Of a stretch of 45,167 nucleotides of DNA, positions 8,423 through 17,641 are shown one piece after another. How positions within the stretch are numbered: the first letter of the stretch is position 1; each line of letters begins with the position of its first letter. The notes beneath the pieces are model-generated. The model searched no databases and had not been told where the DNA came from. It worked only from the letters and a program-made list of their open reading frames with translations. Origin of the DNA: a virus; the IMG/VR virus record IMGVR_UViG_3300017963_000206, one strand, 5' to 3'. Position numbers and translations under genes: made by a program.

Positions 8423-9208
8423 TTATTCGTTAAGTGTAAAGAGTTCGATTTTATCGGTTTCGGGATTTATCTCAACTGCCTCCCCGGATTCATCGGTCAA
8501 ACTCCAACCGTTATATCCGTTATCAATTTGTATTGCGGTCCCGTCCGGTTTGGTTATACTTCCGAAAACATCTTCACAATTCAAAAACCCGCATTCATAT
8601 TGGTAATCATTTGCGAGTTTAAACATACGCGCATGTGTATAGCCTCCCCGGACATCACAACCGCCGTGCAATTGCAGTATAACGTAAAACTCTTTACCGC
8701 AAAAAAGGTCTTGCAATTCCGTATCGTCCCCGGAATATTCAAGCGCAAGATTTGTATATTGTATTACCTGAGATAAACTAGACTCCCCGTTATACGAGTT
8801 AACCGTATTACTCTGAATAATATCAAAAGTCTCTTTCAACCAATTTCCGGCTTTTTCAGAGACACCGTAAAAAGGTCCGTCCCAATCAGAATTCTCATCT
8901 TGCAGTTTATTAAACTTTTCACAGATTTCATCAAGTTCCAATTGGCATTTAAGATAATGATAAACCGATATACCATAGCAGATATCCGTTGATTTGGTAT
9001 CGGTCTCGGAAAGTTCATCAAAAGTTACGGCGGGTTCATTTTCAAAATCAGCGGCGGTTTTCCCGGCGTTACGTTCATGGTTACGTCCGTATGCACCTCC
9101 GGAGTCTAGCATGTGACTTCCGGTATTTTCGGTTAACATGGACGCTATCAACAATGCGGCTTTGTCGGTCACTTCGACTTTTTCGGTTTTTTTGGTTTCT
9201 TCTGTCAT
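8423..9208 (-). CDS. conserved-looking acidic phage protein
   Basis: MLTENTGxHMLDSGGAYGR and LQLHGGCDVRGGYT resemble uncharacterised phage early proteins. Confidence 0.8.
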   Translation of the reverse strand: MTEETKKTEKVEVTDKAALLIASMLTENTGSHMLDSGGAYGRNHERNAGKTAADFENEPAVTFDELSETDTKSTDICYGISVYHYLKCQLELDEICEKFNKLQDENSDWDGPFYGVSEKAGNWLKETFDIIQSNTVNSYNGESSLSQVIQYTNLALEYSGDDTELQDLFCGKEFYVILQLHGGCDVRGGYTHARMFKLANDYQYECGFLNCEDVFGSITKPDGTAIQIDNGYNGWSLTDESGEAVEINPETDKIELFTLNE

Positions 9209-9214
9209 ACGTTT

Positions 9215-9649
9215 TTACCTCCCGTTTGATTTTGTGTACCGTTCTGAGGTCCACGGTCCTGTACGTTTATACGTTTTATAACAATCGGCAATAGCGTCAA
9301 ACAGTTTCGTCTTGATTTTATCCATTTGGAAATCTGCAAATTCCGGCGCGTCCGGTAGTACAGTTATACCTATACCCAAATGCCAATGATAACCGCCGGA
9401 TTCTACGCAAACCGCAAACAACCTATTATTGAATAAAACCATCGCGCTATAATTATAAAAATCATTATGAATGCTAGACCTTTCGTGAGTTCTTTCAAAA
9501 GACTTCGGAAGCAAACTTTCCAGAAAAATGATTAAATCCTCAAACTCCATTGACCAATCGGTTGCGTCTTCAGGGATATCCAAATCAATATAAACTTGAC
9601 TTGCCTCCCGTTCATTACCATTTTGCAAAACCCAATTGCCTTTACCCAT
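9215..9649 (-). CDS. hypothetical early protein
   Basis: GGGAGGT SD; 144 aa. Confidence 0.75.
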   Translation of the reverse strand: MGKGNWVLQNGNEREASQVYIDLDIPEDATDWSMEFEDLIIFLESLLPKSFERTHERSSIHNDFYNYSAMVLFNNRLFAVCVESGGYHWHLGIGITVLPDAPEFADFQMDKIKTKLFDAIADCYKTYKRTGPWTSERYTKSNGR

Positions 9650-9666
9650 AGATTTTTACCTCCCGT

Positions 9667-9921
9667 TTACTTACTCCGCATTATGCGGATATGAAAACAG
9701 TCTTTTACAATTTCGGCGGTTAAGACTGTATATTTTTTACGTTGCATATTACGGTAATACATTTGACTTTCAACTTTAATGGCAGGTTTCCCCAATCCCC
9801 GAAACTCCAATTTTTTCTTAATAAACTCAAAAGCCTTAATAAGACTTTTCGCTTTAAACCTCCCGTAAAAACTCCAATGCGTTTGGTTATCATACTTGCC
9901 TAATACGGTATAATCCGGCAA
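9667..9921 (-). CDS. hypothetical basic early protein
   Basis: TTG start after CAGGGAGGT. Confidence 0.6.
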   Translation of the reverse strand: MPDYTVLGKYDNQTHWSFYGRFKAKSLIKAFEFIKKKLEFRGLGKPAIKVESQMYYRNMQRKKYTVLTAEIVKDCFHIRIMRSK

Positions 9922-9968
9922 TGTTTACCTCCCTGTTATAGAATAAAAGTGAAATGAATTTAAACGCG

Positions 9969-9993
9969 AAAAGCCGGGGAGGTTTCCCCGGCT
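9969..9993 (-). terminator. intrinsic terminator-like hairpin
   Basis: AGCCGGGGA-AACC-TCCCCGGCT-TTT after gene 10004..10675. Confidence 0.55.
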
Positions 9994-10003
9994 ATCATAT
10001 TGC

Positions 10004-10675
10004 TTAATCGTTTTCGATTTCGGGACCGTATTTTTGCCCTGCGAAATTTTCCCCGCTTGATATAATGGAAGTGATAACACCGTCAATTTTAATCGCTTGC
10101 CCTGTAGTACCACGTCCCCAAACATAACCGTATGCCGAGTCAAGTACAGTTTCCCCACGGTCCTTAAGCTGGCGGTAAAGGTAATCAGACACAAACCAAT
10201 ATTCAAAAACATCGTTTTCATTAGGTTCGGCAAGTTCCAAAAGGTCTTTATCATTATCCGCGTTTTCGAGTTCTTTTTCAAGTTTCTCAATTTCCGAATT
10301 TAACTCAGCAATCCGCTTTTGTTTGGTTTCCTTAAGTTCCGGGTTTTCATCGAAATCGTCATACGTCAAGTCAAGTTCCAAATCGTCCCGTTCATCGGTT
10401 GCGGTTTCAATACTTTCATGGATTTCAGTTATACGGGTTTCAAGGTCTTCAACTTTTTCGTCCCGTTCACTTTCATTACCTTCAAAATCCCCGTCCGATA
10501 AAGTTTCATAATAATACTGCGTATGCTCAAAATCGCAATAATCCAATTTTCCGCATTCAAGCAAATCCGTAATAATTGACGTGCCTAGCATGATAACATG
10601 GTTTGCTACAAACCGTCCGGCAATCTCTTGATTTTGAACACTGTGAAAGTTAAGTCTCGTTTCAGTTTTCGGCAT
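10004..10675 (-). CDS. acidic coiled-coil phage protein
   Basis: acidic coiled coil followed by EYWFVS...WGRGTTGQAIKIDGVI, resembling uncharacterised phage proteins. Confidence 0.8.
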   Translation of the reverse strand: MPKTETRLNFHSVQNQEIAGRFVANHVIMLGTSIITDLLECGKLDYCDFEHTQYYYETLSDGDFEGNESERDEKVEDLETRITEIHESIETATDERDDLELDLTYDDFDENPELKETKQKRIAELNSEIEKLEKELENADNDKDLLELAEPNENDVFEYWFVSDYLYRQLKDRGETVLDSAYGYVWGRGTTGQAIKIDGVITSIISSGENFAGQKYGPEIEND

Positions 10676-10760
10676 TCTACCTCCCGTTTTGCAAATAAGA
10701 GTTATAAAGGTTTTCGGTCCTGATTTGTCATAAGTGTTAACGCATTCTTAATGTTAGCAC

Positions 10761-10789
10761 ATTATACCAAAATCCTATATATATGTCAA
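10761..10789 (-). promoter_or_regulatory. consensus sigma70 early promoter
   Basis: TTGACA-17 nt-TATAAT; spacer ends ATTTTGG. Confidence 0.85.
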
Positions 10790-10819
10790 GTATTATTTTG
10801 AGGCAAAACAGGGTTAAAT

Positions 10820-10854
10820 AAAAAAACGGTGTTAGGACCGTCCTAACACCGTTT
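10820..10854 (-). terminator. intrinsic terminator
   Basis: CGGTGTTAGGA/TCCTAACACCG stem plus T7 on the minus strand. Confidence 0.8.
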
Positions 10855-10875
10855 CACCGGAAAACTACAGGGAGG

Positions 10876-11487
10876 TTAATTTTCCGTTATGTCTGCGAGT
10901 TCAAACTCTTCAATTGCATCCGGGGTTAACTCTTCAATTCCGGACGTATCAACACCGAAGCAATTGAGGTGAATTTTTAAATCTGCTATCTGTTCTTTTG
11001 CAACATCGTTAAGGTAATCGTCCCCGCTGTCTGATTCTATACCCCACAATCCCGCGCTAGTAAAAGTCTCAATTCTGTAACTTCCCGGATGATTAGGGCA
11101 TTTGTATTTAACCGTGCATTCGGCGCGAATACCGATTAACACAAAATTGCCGTTTTGAAAATCCTTCATACGTTCATAATCCTGCATTGCGTAATGCTCT
11201 TCAACCGCTTGCAAACTTCCGTGTTTTGCAATCAACTCGTTTTTGGTTTCCTGTTTAACATGGTCCCAATTTCCCGGTTTGTAAACACCGTGATTGCAGG
11301 ACACAAAATACAAATAATCCCCGCCGTAATGCTCACCAATCTCTTTTAAGTCAATTGCGCCCTCTTGCCAATTATCCGTGAATTCACCAATCCACGAAAC
11401 ATCGGCAATATCGTCATAAATCTTTTTGACGATTAAAGTCTCAACTTCCGGCTTGCAAGTCTGTACTTCCGGTTTCCCGTTTTCCAT
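10876..11487 (-). CDS. acidic hypothetical early protein
   Basis: 203 aa, GGGAGGT SD, LWGIESDS motif. Confidence 0.8.
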   Translation of the reverse strand: MENGKPEVQTCKPEVETLIVKKIYDDIADVSWIGEFTDNWQEGAIDLKEIGEHYGGDYLYFVSCNHGVYKPGNWDHVKQETKNELIAKHGSLQAVEEHYAMQDYERMKDFQNGNFVLIGIRAECTVKYKCPNHPGSYRIETFTSAGLWGIESDSGDDYLNDVAKEQIADLKIHLNCFGVDTSGIEELTPDAIEEFELADITEN

Positions 11488-11632
11488 TGGCTATACCTCC
11501 CATTATATAAAAGAACGGTTAGAAAGTTTCCCGTGCTAGTTTCGTTTCAGACCTGTAACCGCAACCGGATAAAATCCAGAATACAACGGCACACTATTTC
11601 GGTAGAAACTAGCACGATTATTCAGGACACAT

Positions 11633-11661
11633 ATTATACCAAAATATAACCCCGGTGTCAA
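11633..11661 (-). promoter_or_regulatory. consensus sigma70 early promoter
   Basis: TTGACA-17 nt-TATAAT; spacer ends ATTTTGG. Confidence 0.85.
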
Positions 11662-11787
11662 TAACTTTTTTTCGTACAAAATAATTTTATGGTTGCATAT
11701 ATTTTAAACAGCGGGTTAAGATAGCTGGTTAAGCGAAATCGAAATAGTTTATACCACGGGAATTAATTGGTACAAAAATTCCGGGGT

Positions 11788-11850
11788 TGGACTTTTTAGG
11801 TTTGTGCGACAAATTGGGGTCGTGAGACTTTTTCGGTTTCTTAGACTTCA
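11788..11850. repeat. degenerate 18-bp-periodic array (junction 2)
   Basis: GAC at 11790, 11808, 11826 and 11844; CGTGAGACTT at 11821 is identical to units of the 4963 array. Confidence 0.6.
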
Positions 11851-11857
11851 TTGACTT

Positions 11858-11895
11858 TCCGGAGGGTTGGGGTTTTCGGTCCCCAACCCTCCGGA
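11858..11895. repeat. perfect 15-bp inverted repeat
   Basis: TCCGGAGGGTTGGGG-N8-CCCCAACCCTCCGGA. Confidence 0.9.
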
Positions 11896-11922
11896 CCTCC
11901 CGCATACACAAGCGCGAACAGA

Positions 11923-12030
11923 CAAATAAACCTTAATACCCATCTTTATCTCACATACGCAAACTCTCAAATAAACCTTAATCTACCTACCCCACGCGCA
12001 TGTGACGCGAATAGGCAAATAAACCTTAAT
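11923..12030. repeat. 3 x CAAATAAACCTTAAT (junction 2)
   Basis: copies at 11923, 11968 and 12016; 11954-11982 matches 5138-5166 at 28/29. Confidence 0.9.
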
Positions 12031-12188
12031 ACTCATCTTTATCTCAATACCCGAAATCCTCTCAAATATATTTAGGACCAAAAAAATTTATTCGTTCTCA
12101 AAAATTTTTTTGAAGATTCCGAATTTATCCGGTTATAATAGTGTGTAAATGTAAGCTACTTTATTTTTCCCTTGACGGAGAAAGACGC

Positions 12189-12518
12189 ATGGAACTCTTC
12201 AACACACTATTGATATTCTTCGGCGGCATCGGTACAGGTGTCGCATTGTTTCTCGGACTGATTCTCTGGTCTGCGCTCAAAGGTCGTAACGGTGTGGACA
12301 GAGATGGATTGTGCGAGAGGGAAGAGGACCACGACTTCATTATCAAACCCGCTTTCGGGGGGACCATCGGTGTCTGCCGTAATTGTGGATTCACGGTCCT
12401 GTCTGAAGGTCTCTTCGACTTGCAAGAGCGTGACGTAAAGATAATCAACTACATGCTCGGAGAGCAACGGGCGAGAGCCACGATTGGAAAACTCGAAGCG
12501 TTGAAAGAGAACATATAA
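12189..12518 (+). CDS. membrane-anchored protein with possible Zn ribbon
   Basis: N-terminal TM, C...H...CRNC; GGAG SD before the ATG at 12189. Confidence 0.7.
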   Translation: MELFNTLLIFFGGIGTGVALFLGLILWSALKGRNGVDRDGLCEREEDHDFIIKPAFGGTIGVCRNCGFTVLSEGLFDLQERDVKIINYMLGEQRARATIGKLEALKENI

Positions 12519-12554
12519 CCCGCAACATTTAAAAGTCGTTTTATATTTTTACAT

Positions 12555-12587
12555 AAAAAAACGGGAGGCTTGATTGCCTCCCGTTTT
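12555..12587. terminator. bidirectional intrinsic terminator
   Basis: A7-CGGGAGGC-TTGATT-GCCTCCCG-T4 between convergent genes. Confidence 0.8.
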
Positions 12588-12609
12588 ACATTTAATCTCG
12601 AATTACAGT

Positions 12610-13236
12610 CTAGTCCCTTTTCGGAAGTCCCGGATTTCTTTTTTCGAGTTGCTTCTTCAGGAGCTTCGTGTTCATGTTGTTGTCTTTGAAAAATCTCAGA
12701 GCATCCTTCTCGAACACGAGTCTGCGTTTCGACACGATTGTAAAATGTTCGATGAGTCCCCGGTCAATCCAGAGTGTGATAGTTCTGGTGCAGACCTTCG
12801 CCGCTCTTGCGAGTTGTGAGGTTGTGAAAACCACTTCCTTTTTGAGACGGTCCAGCGGTACGTTCTGTTCCTCAAGGAAGTCAATGAAGTCCTGACGTTT
12901 CACACGTCTCCGGCCTACACGACCTTCCATCGTACTCGGAAGATTGCTTCCCTTTATGTGACCATCATCAATCCAGTTCCCCGCCGCAAGCTGCGAGATA
13001 CCGAGAAAGTCTGCAATGATTCCCGTGGTGAGAATTTCGGGGAGTCCGTTCTTATCTTTCTTTTTGGACTTGACCTTCGTGGATTTCTTTTTGGTCCCGG
13101 TCTTCTTTTTACCTTTCGTTTTCTTACCGGACTTCGATTTCTTTTTCTTCTCGACCTTCACTTTGGTCTTTTTCTTTTTCTTCTCTTTATCCTTTTTCTT
13201 GGACTTCTTCTTTGGTTTACTCTTGACCTTCGACAT
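12610..13236 (-). CDS. DNA-binding protein: Lys-rich N-terminus plus two excisionase/MerR-like (HTH_17) domains
   Basis: two repeats of (L/F)TTxxxAxxxxxxxxxxxxWIDxGxI...RR...xxFxxxxN. Confidence 0.75.
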   Translation of the reverse strand: MSKVKSKPKKKSKKKDKEKKKKKTKVKVEKKKKSKSGKKTKGKKKTGTKKKSTKVKSKKKDKNGLPEILTTGIIADFLGISQLAAGNWIDDGHIKGSNLPSTMEGRVGRRRVKRQDFIDFLEEQNVPLDRLKKEVVFTTSQLARAAKVCTRTITLWIDRGLIEHFTIVSKRRLVFEKDALRFFKDNNMNTKLLKKQLEKRNPGLPKRD

Positions 13237-13421
13237 TGAATCTCCTTTCAGGTTATCGGTGGTCTCGTGTTAACAAGTGACGTTACGAGAGAAGTTTACT
13301 ATTAAAGATAGAACTAATCAATAAAAAAATAAAAATTATTAATAGTAACAGTGTTCTTATTTTCATCGAAAAAAAATTTAAAATACCCTTGCAAGTCTAA
13401 TTTTTCCGGGTAATACTACTT

Positions 13422-14129
13422 TTAGCTTTCGCTGGTTTCTTCACCAGCCAATACCTCTTTGTCCGGGGAGGCAACCTTTTTGGTTGCCTCTTTTTTATTG
13501 GCCTTCCGCTTACCCTTTTTCTTCGTTCCCTTTTTCGCTTTCTTATCCGGTTTCTTTTTCGATTTCTTTTTTGGTTTCGCTTCCTTTTTCTCGCGTGTCT
13601 TTTTCTGTGTTTCTTCGCGTGTCTTCGCACGTTCACGCGCAATGCGATTGATAACTCTACGGCTGACCATCTTCGTTTCTTCCAGACGTTTAGCCATAAG
13701 CTCAACTGCCTGACCTAAGAGAACGGGCATCGAATCGAAGAACACGGTACAAAGGATATCCCGGACCGACTCACGGAACGGGTCTTCGTATGCCTCAAAA
13801 CCTTCGACCCAATCAGCGACATTAAGATACTTCGCAAACGGGAGTTCACTATTCTCTCCCTCCCATATACAAAGAGTCTTCTTACATATCGTGCATTCGA
13901 GTCCGAGACGGGGAACCATCAAGGGAAGGTTGACTTGCATCGGGACTCCCTGTTGGCAGAAAGGACACTTGTATGCTTTACCCTTCTCGAAGATAGGTTT
14001 CATCTTTCCGTTTGTGAGGTAGAAAGAGAACCCGCAATCATTACACTCGAAGGGAGTTCCGGACTCACCGACAAGGATTACCTGTTTTCGATATACCGTC
14101 ATACTTTTACAGACGGGACACATCATCAT
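13422..14129 (-). CDS. double Zn-ribbon protein with Lys-rich C-terminus
   Basis: CPVC/CNDC and CPFC/CTIC; GGGAGGT SD. Confidence 0.75.
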   Translation of the reverse strand: MMMCPVCKSMTVYRKQVILVGESGTPFECNDCGFSFYLTNGKMKPIFEKGKAYKCPFCQQGVPMQVNLPLMVPRLGLECTICKKTLCIWEGENSELPFAKYLNVADWVEGFEAYEDPFRESVRDILCTVFFDSMPVLLGQAVELMAKRLEETKMVSRRVINRIARERAKTREETQKKTREKKEAKPKKKSKKKPDKKAKKGTKKKGKRKANKKEATKKVASPDKEVLAGEETSES

Positions 14130-14434
14130 TTTTTACCTCCCTCAAGATTTTGCGTAACAGGTATTTTCCTGTCAAGCAACCATTTGGTTGATTCGTCTTT
14201 TAACTTATCCGGGATTCCCGGTCTTGCTGCCCGACCCTGATGAAACATTATTTGAAAAGTCGTATCAGGTAGAGTCGCAAAATCAGGTCGTACCTCCACG
14301 ATGGCGATACGCAATTGCTCCCACGTTCCTGAAAGTAAAATCTCTTGATATCTTTTCTGGACTTCAAGAGTTAATACTTCTTCGCTATGGCGTTTACTTT
14401 CCTCTTCATCTCTCGGACGATGTATTTTGCCCAT
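14126..14434 (-). CDS. hypothetical protein
   Basis: GGAGAGG SD; coupled to neighbours. Confidence 0.65.
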   Translation of the reverse strand: MGKIHRPRDEEESKRHSEEVLTLEVQKRYQEILLSGTWEQLRIAIVEVRPDFATLPDTTFQIMFHQGRAARPGIPDKLKDESTKWLLDRKIPVTQNLEGGKK

Positions 14435-14988
14435 GCCTCTCCCCCAATGTCGGTCAGAAATACTATCACATCTTCGTTAGTAATCCTAACCTTTCGTAAT
14501 TTTTTGTTTTGTTTTTTCATGCACTTCAATTTCCTGCGCCGTGCCAACCTCCACAAATCGGAGGGAGGATTAACGTAGCATTGCAAAGCGAACATCTCAT
14601 CCGTATCCAATCCCCGCTCCAACGCGGCTATCATCTCTCTACCGTTTACTCTCGATATAACATCCGGAGTTTGTGAAGGGATATAATTTTTCTGTTCGTA
14701 AGAACCGAGATGTTCCGTGGAATGTTCCTTCGCGTGTTCACGTTTCTTTTTCTGTTTAGGGTAAACGTGTTCTGAAAGATGTCGGCTAACAACCGTGAAG
14801 ATGAACGTGGTAACTTTACCCATCTTCTTTTTGTAATAGCGGATGGCCTTTACTACGGCAAGCACCCCTTCCTGAAATAAATCCTCCCTGCTGAACGAAG
14901 GTGTTTCCGGGAGCGAGTTCGTCCATCCTTCGGTAGCTTCCCAAATCGCTCCCATGTTTTCCTGAATCAACTTATCCGTCCTATTCAT
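14371..14988 (-). CDS. phage RNA polymerase sigma factor (sigma70 region 2)
   Basis: SREDLFQEGVLAVVKAIRYY...TTFIFTVV matches the region 2 pattern. Confidence 0.7.
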   Translation of the reverse strand: MNRTDKLIQENMGAIWEATEGWTNSLPETPSFSREDLFQEGVLAVVKAIRYYKKKMGKVTTFIFTVVSRHLSEHVYPKQKKKREHAKEHSTEHLGSYEQKNYIPSQTPDVISRVNGREMIAALERGLDTDEMFALQCYVNPPSDLWRLARRRKLKCMKKQNKKLRKVRITNEDVIVFLTDIGGEAWAKYIVREMKRKVNAIAKKY

Positions 14989-14997
14989 TATGCCCTC

Positions 14998-16860
14998 CTA
15001 GTGTATTCCCGAAGCTTTGCGCTTTTTCTTTTTCTTTTTCTTTTTCGACTTTTTTTGTTTATTTTTCCATGAGTCAAGTTGCTCGAAGTAAAGGTACTTC
15101 TGGTCGAAGTATAGCATCACGCTTCCCGTTCCGGACCAACGGGAAGCTTCGACATAGAGTAGTGTTTCAGGTTCCCACTCATATTTTTGAGGCTCATCAT
15201 CACTCCCTTCTACCGGAAGTCTCCTGCGGTGCATGAGCCAAATCCTGTCGGCATCACCGGGGATACTCGAAGAGTCCCGGAGGTCATACATATTCATCGG
15301 TTTATCGAGAGGGATTTTTCTCGGATGAGCAATCAATATTAAAGCGACACCGAGTTCCTCCGCGAGAAATTTAAAGTTCTTACTGACGATGCTGGTCTCT
15401 TCAACGATGTGTCGTTTATCCCGGACCAGAAATTGAAGATGGTCGAACACCAACAATTTAATTCCGAGTCTCCGGACCGCATGTGAGATGGTATCGAAAA
15501 TTACGTCCGGCTTTACTGAACGCTTGCACCAACCGAAGTACAATGGTTTGTCCCACAACTTCGCTTGAGCAAGCATGATTTCATCTTTGGTGATGTGGTC
15601 CGTTTCGACTCTGCATATCGAAGCTATAAATCTCTGCATTATTTTATATGGTCGGGATTCAAGGCAGAAGAAAAGGGTCGGGACCGGAGGGGAGACATCG
15701 AGAAGATTGTGCAACGCGATTCCCTGTGCGATAGCGGTCTTCCCTTGCTTCGGAGGTGACGCTAGAATGCAGAGGTCTCCCGGATTAATTCCCTTAGAGA
15801 CTTCGTTGAATCTAGGCCACGGTGTCATTATCGCTTCGTCCCCGGTCTCCGCATTTAATAAAAGTTCTGAGAACGCTTCACGGGTCGTGAAGATATCCAG
15901 CATTGAAAAAGCTTTCGCATTGTCCATTGCTTTCTGAACGATTGCCTTGAAGTGTTTCCGTTTCTTCGTAAGGACATCGTTCCAATCTTTTATATCATCG
16001 TCTTTCGGAAGTTCGAGAAAGAACGTGTTGTCCTCTCCCAATCTCTTCGCCGCTTCCAACATCCCTTTTTGCCCTGCCGCATCCGCATCGTAAGCAAGGT
16101 AGATTTTTTTACCCACAAGTTTGTCGAACCATGTGGGTTCCAATGTCCCCGCTCCGGCAGTAACGGCAACGACATTTTTGAAACCGCCTTCCCAAAAAGA
16201 AAGACCGTCAGTTTCACCTTCGGTCACAATGATTTCATCCGGGAATTTTTTCAATGCCGTTTGATTCCATAGAACTGTTTTGGCTCCGTAGAATCTGCGG
16301 AAGTCTTTGGATGCGGGGGGAAGACTCCGGCCTTTCCAATTATCATAGCCGTGACCTTCCGCATCAATATGAGGTATGATTACATAAGGTGATTTCTCCC
16401 CGGTCTCAAAATGCTCAAGCATTGCGTAACCGAGTTTAAATCGTTTGATGGTCTCTTTAGAGAATCCGCGCTTCTTAAGATATTTGAGACCTTTACGGCC
16501 TATCTTTTTAAAGAGTCTTTTGTGACAATTACGGATAAAAAGTTTTGTTGGTTTTTTGTAGGTTTTCTTTCGGAAGGGTTGGTCGAAGTCTCCGCATCTA
16601 TCTTTAAGTTGCTTAAGACTTCCTCTCGCATGTTCCTTGCCTTCGGTCTCGCAGATGAAACAACGATAGGCTCCGGTGTCTGCATTAATCCACAACTTAT
16701 ATTTCGCGTTGCCACAAAAAGGGCAAAGCTTTATTCGGTATTCATCTCCCTGTCTTTTATACTCCCAACCTCTCGAAGAAATAAAATTCTTTACTTCGGT
16801 TTCCATTCCTGCCATGTTTGCCCCGATTTCCCGGAGCCATGCAGAGAGAGTCTCACTCAC
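14998..16860 (-). CDS. DNA primase-helicase (T7 gp4/Twinkle-like); exact start uncertain
   Basis: Zn finger CPFC/CFIC; TOPRIM VTEGETD...YDADAAG; SF4 helicase SPPKQGKT, LLVFDHL, LIAHPRK. Confidence 0.92.
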   Translation of the reverse strand: MSETLSAWLREIGANMAGMETEVKNFISSRGWEYKRQGDEYRIKLCPFCGNAKYKLWINADTGAYRCFICETEGKEHARGSLKQLKDRCGDFDQPFRKKTYKKPTKLFIRNCHKRLFKKIGRKGLKYLKKRGFSKETIKRFKLGYAMLEHFETGEKSPYVIIPHIDAEGHGYDNWKGRSLPPASKDFRRFYGAKTVLWNQTALKKFPDEIIVTEGETDGLSFWEGGFKNVVAVTAGAGTLEPTWFDKLVGKKIYLAYDADAAGQKGMLEAAKRLGEDNTFFLELPKDDDIKDWNDVLTKKRKHFKAIVQKAMDNAKAFSMLDIFTTREAFSELLLNAETGDEAIMTPWPRFNEVSKGINPGDLCILASPPKQGKTAIAQGIALHNLLDVSPPVPTLFFCLESRPYKIMQRFIASICRVETDHITKDEIMLAQAKLWDKPLYFGWCKRSVKPDVIFDTISHAVRRLGIKLLVFDHLQFLVRDKRHIVEETSIVSKNFKFLAEELGVALILIAHPRKIPLDKPMNMYDLRDSSSIPGDADRIWLMHRRRLPVEGSDDEPQKYEWEPETLLYVEASRWSGTGSVMLYFDQKYLYFEQLDSWKNKQKKSKKKKKKKKRKASGIH

Positions 16861-16995
16861 CCTGAAGCGATAGAATTCCTATCGCTACTTTATGACAAAG
16901 ACGTTACGTTTTCGAGACCCCCCTGCCCGACTCGTTTGTTTCTTATTTGCTTTCGCTGATGAGCGGGTAGTGATATTTTCGTAACGGTGAGATAC

Positions 16996-17024
16996 ATCTT
17001 AACCCGGAACCTACATCTTGCCAA
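16996..17024 (-). promoter_or_regulatory. candidate promoter for the primase-helicase operon
   Basis: TTGGCA-17 nt-TAAGAT; spacer ends CGGGT. Confidence 0.45.
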
Positions 17025-17077
17025 GAAAAAAATCTATTAAAAGTAAAAATTTTATTTTATTTCGTACAAAAGATTTT

Positions 17078-17596
17078 CTAGGTTTTAGACAGTTCTTTCA
17101 ACCTCCTCTTGAGCTTTAAGCGGAGTTTGCGTTTCTTCATTTTGTGATACCAATATTTATCGAGACGGTAAAGCACGATGTCTTTATTATCGTTGTCCGG
17201 TCCTATGCACCAATCATCTTCGTTCCATGCGGCGGTAGAGAATGTTTGCCAACGGTGTTTGTACTTCTCCATCCTCCTGCGGTGAGTTGCCTTCGCTTTT
17301 TTATATGGGTCTTTAATTTCCTTCTCCGCTTTCTGATTGTCGTGCAGTTCCAACGCCCGTGTCAAGGCGGCATCGGTTACGAGTTGAGCGGCATGAGGGA
17401 AACTTCTTTTGAAGTGTTGCAGTTGAGCATCGAGATAAGTTTGGAAAGGTATATCATATTTAATACATATCTGCCAAGCTTGCCTCAGTGTCGAATATGT
17501 TGCGGTCCCCTCTCGCGGAAATCCGATGTATCGTTTATGATAATGTTTCTTTGCTCGAACCCAAACGAGTAGAAAACTGTAAAAAGTTTTGTTCAT
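17078..17596 (-). CDS. hypothetical basic protein
   Basis: 172 aa, GGAGG SD. Confidence 0.7.
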   Translation of the reverse strand: MNKTFYSFLLVWVRAKKHYHKRYIGFPREGTATYSTLRQAWQICIKYDIPFQTYLDAQLQHFKRSFPHAAQLVTDAALTRALELHDNQKAEKEIKDPYKKAKATHRRRMEKYKHRWQTFSTAAWNEDDWCIGPDNDNKDIVLYRLDKYWYHKMKKRKLRLKLKRRLKELSKT

Positions 17597-17641
17597 GTTA
17601 TGCTTCCTCCGGTTATACTATTATAACCGAGATTTAACGCT

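Noticed and set aside
11923-12050. 15-bp repeats separated by 30-33 bp, resembling a mini CRISPR array
   Set aside because: The repeat is too short, the sequences after copies 1 and 3 are nearly identical to each other, spacing at the 5152 copy is irregular, and there are no cas genes in the window.
13389-13417. TTGCAA-17 nt-AATACT promoter-like sequence on the + strand, antisense to 13422..14129
   Set aside because: The -10 box is weak and the AT-rich context makes a chance match likely.
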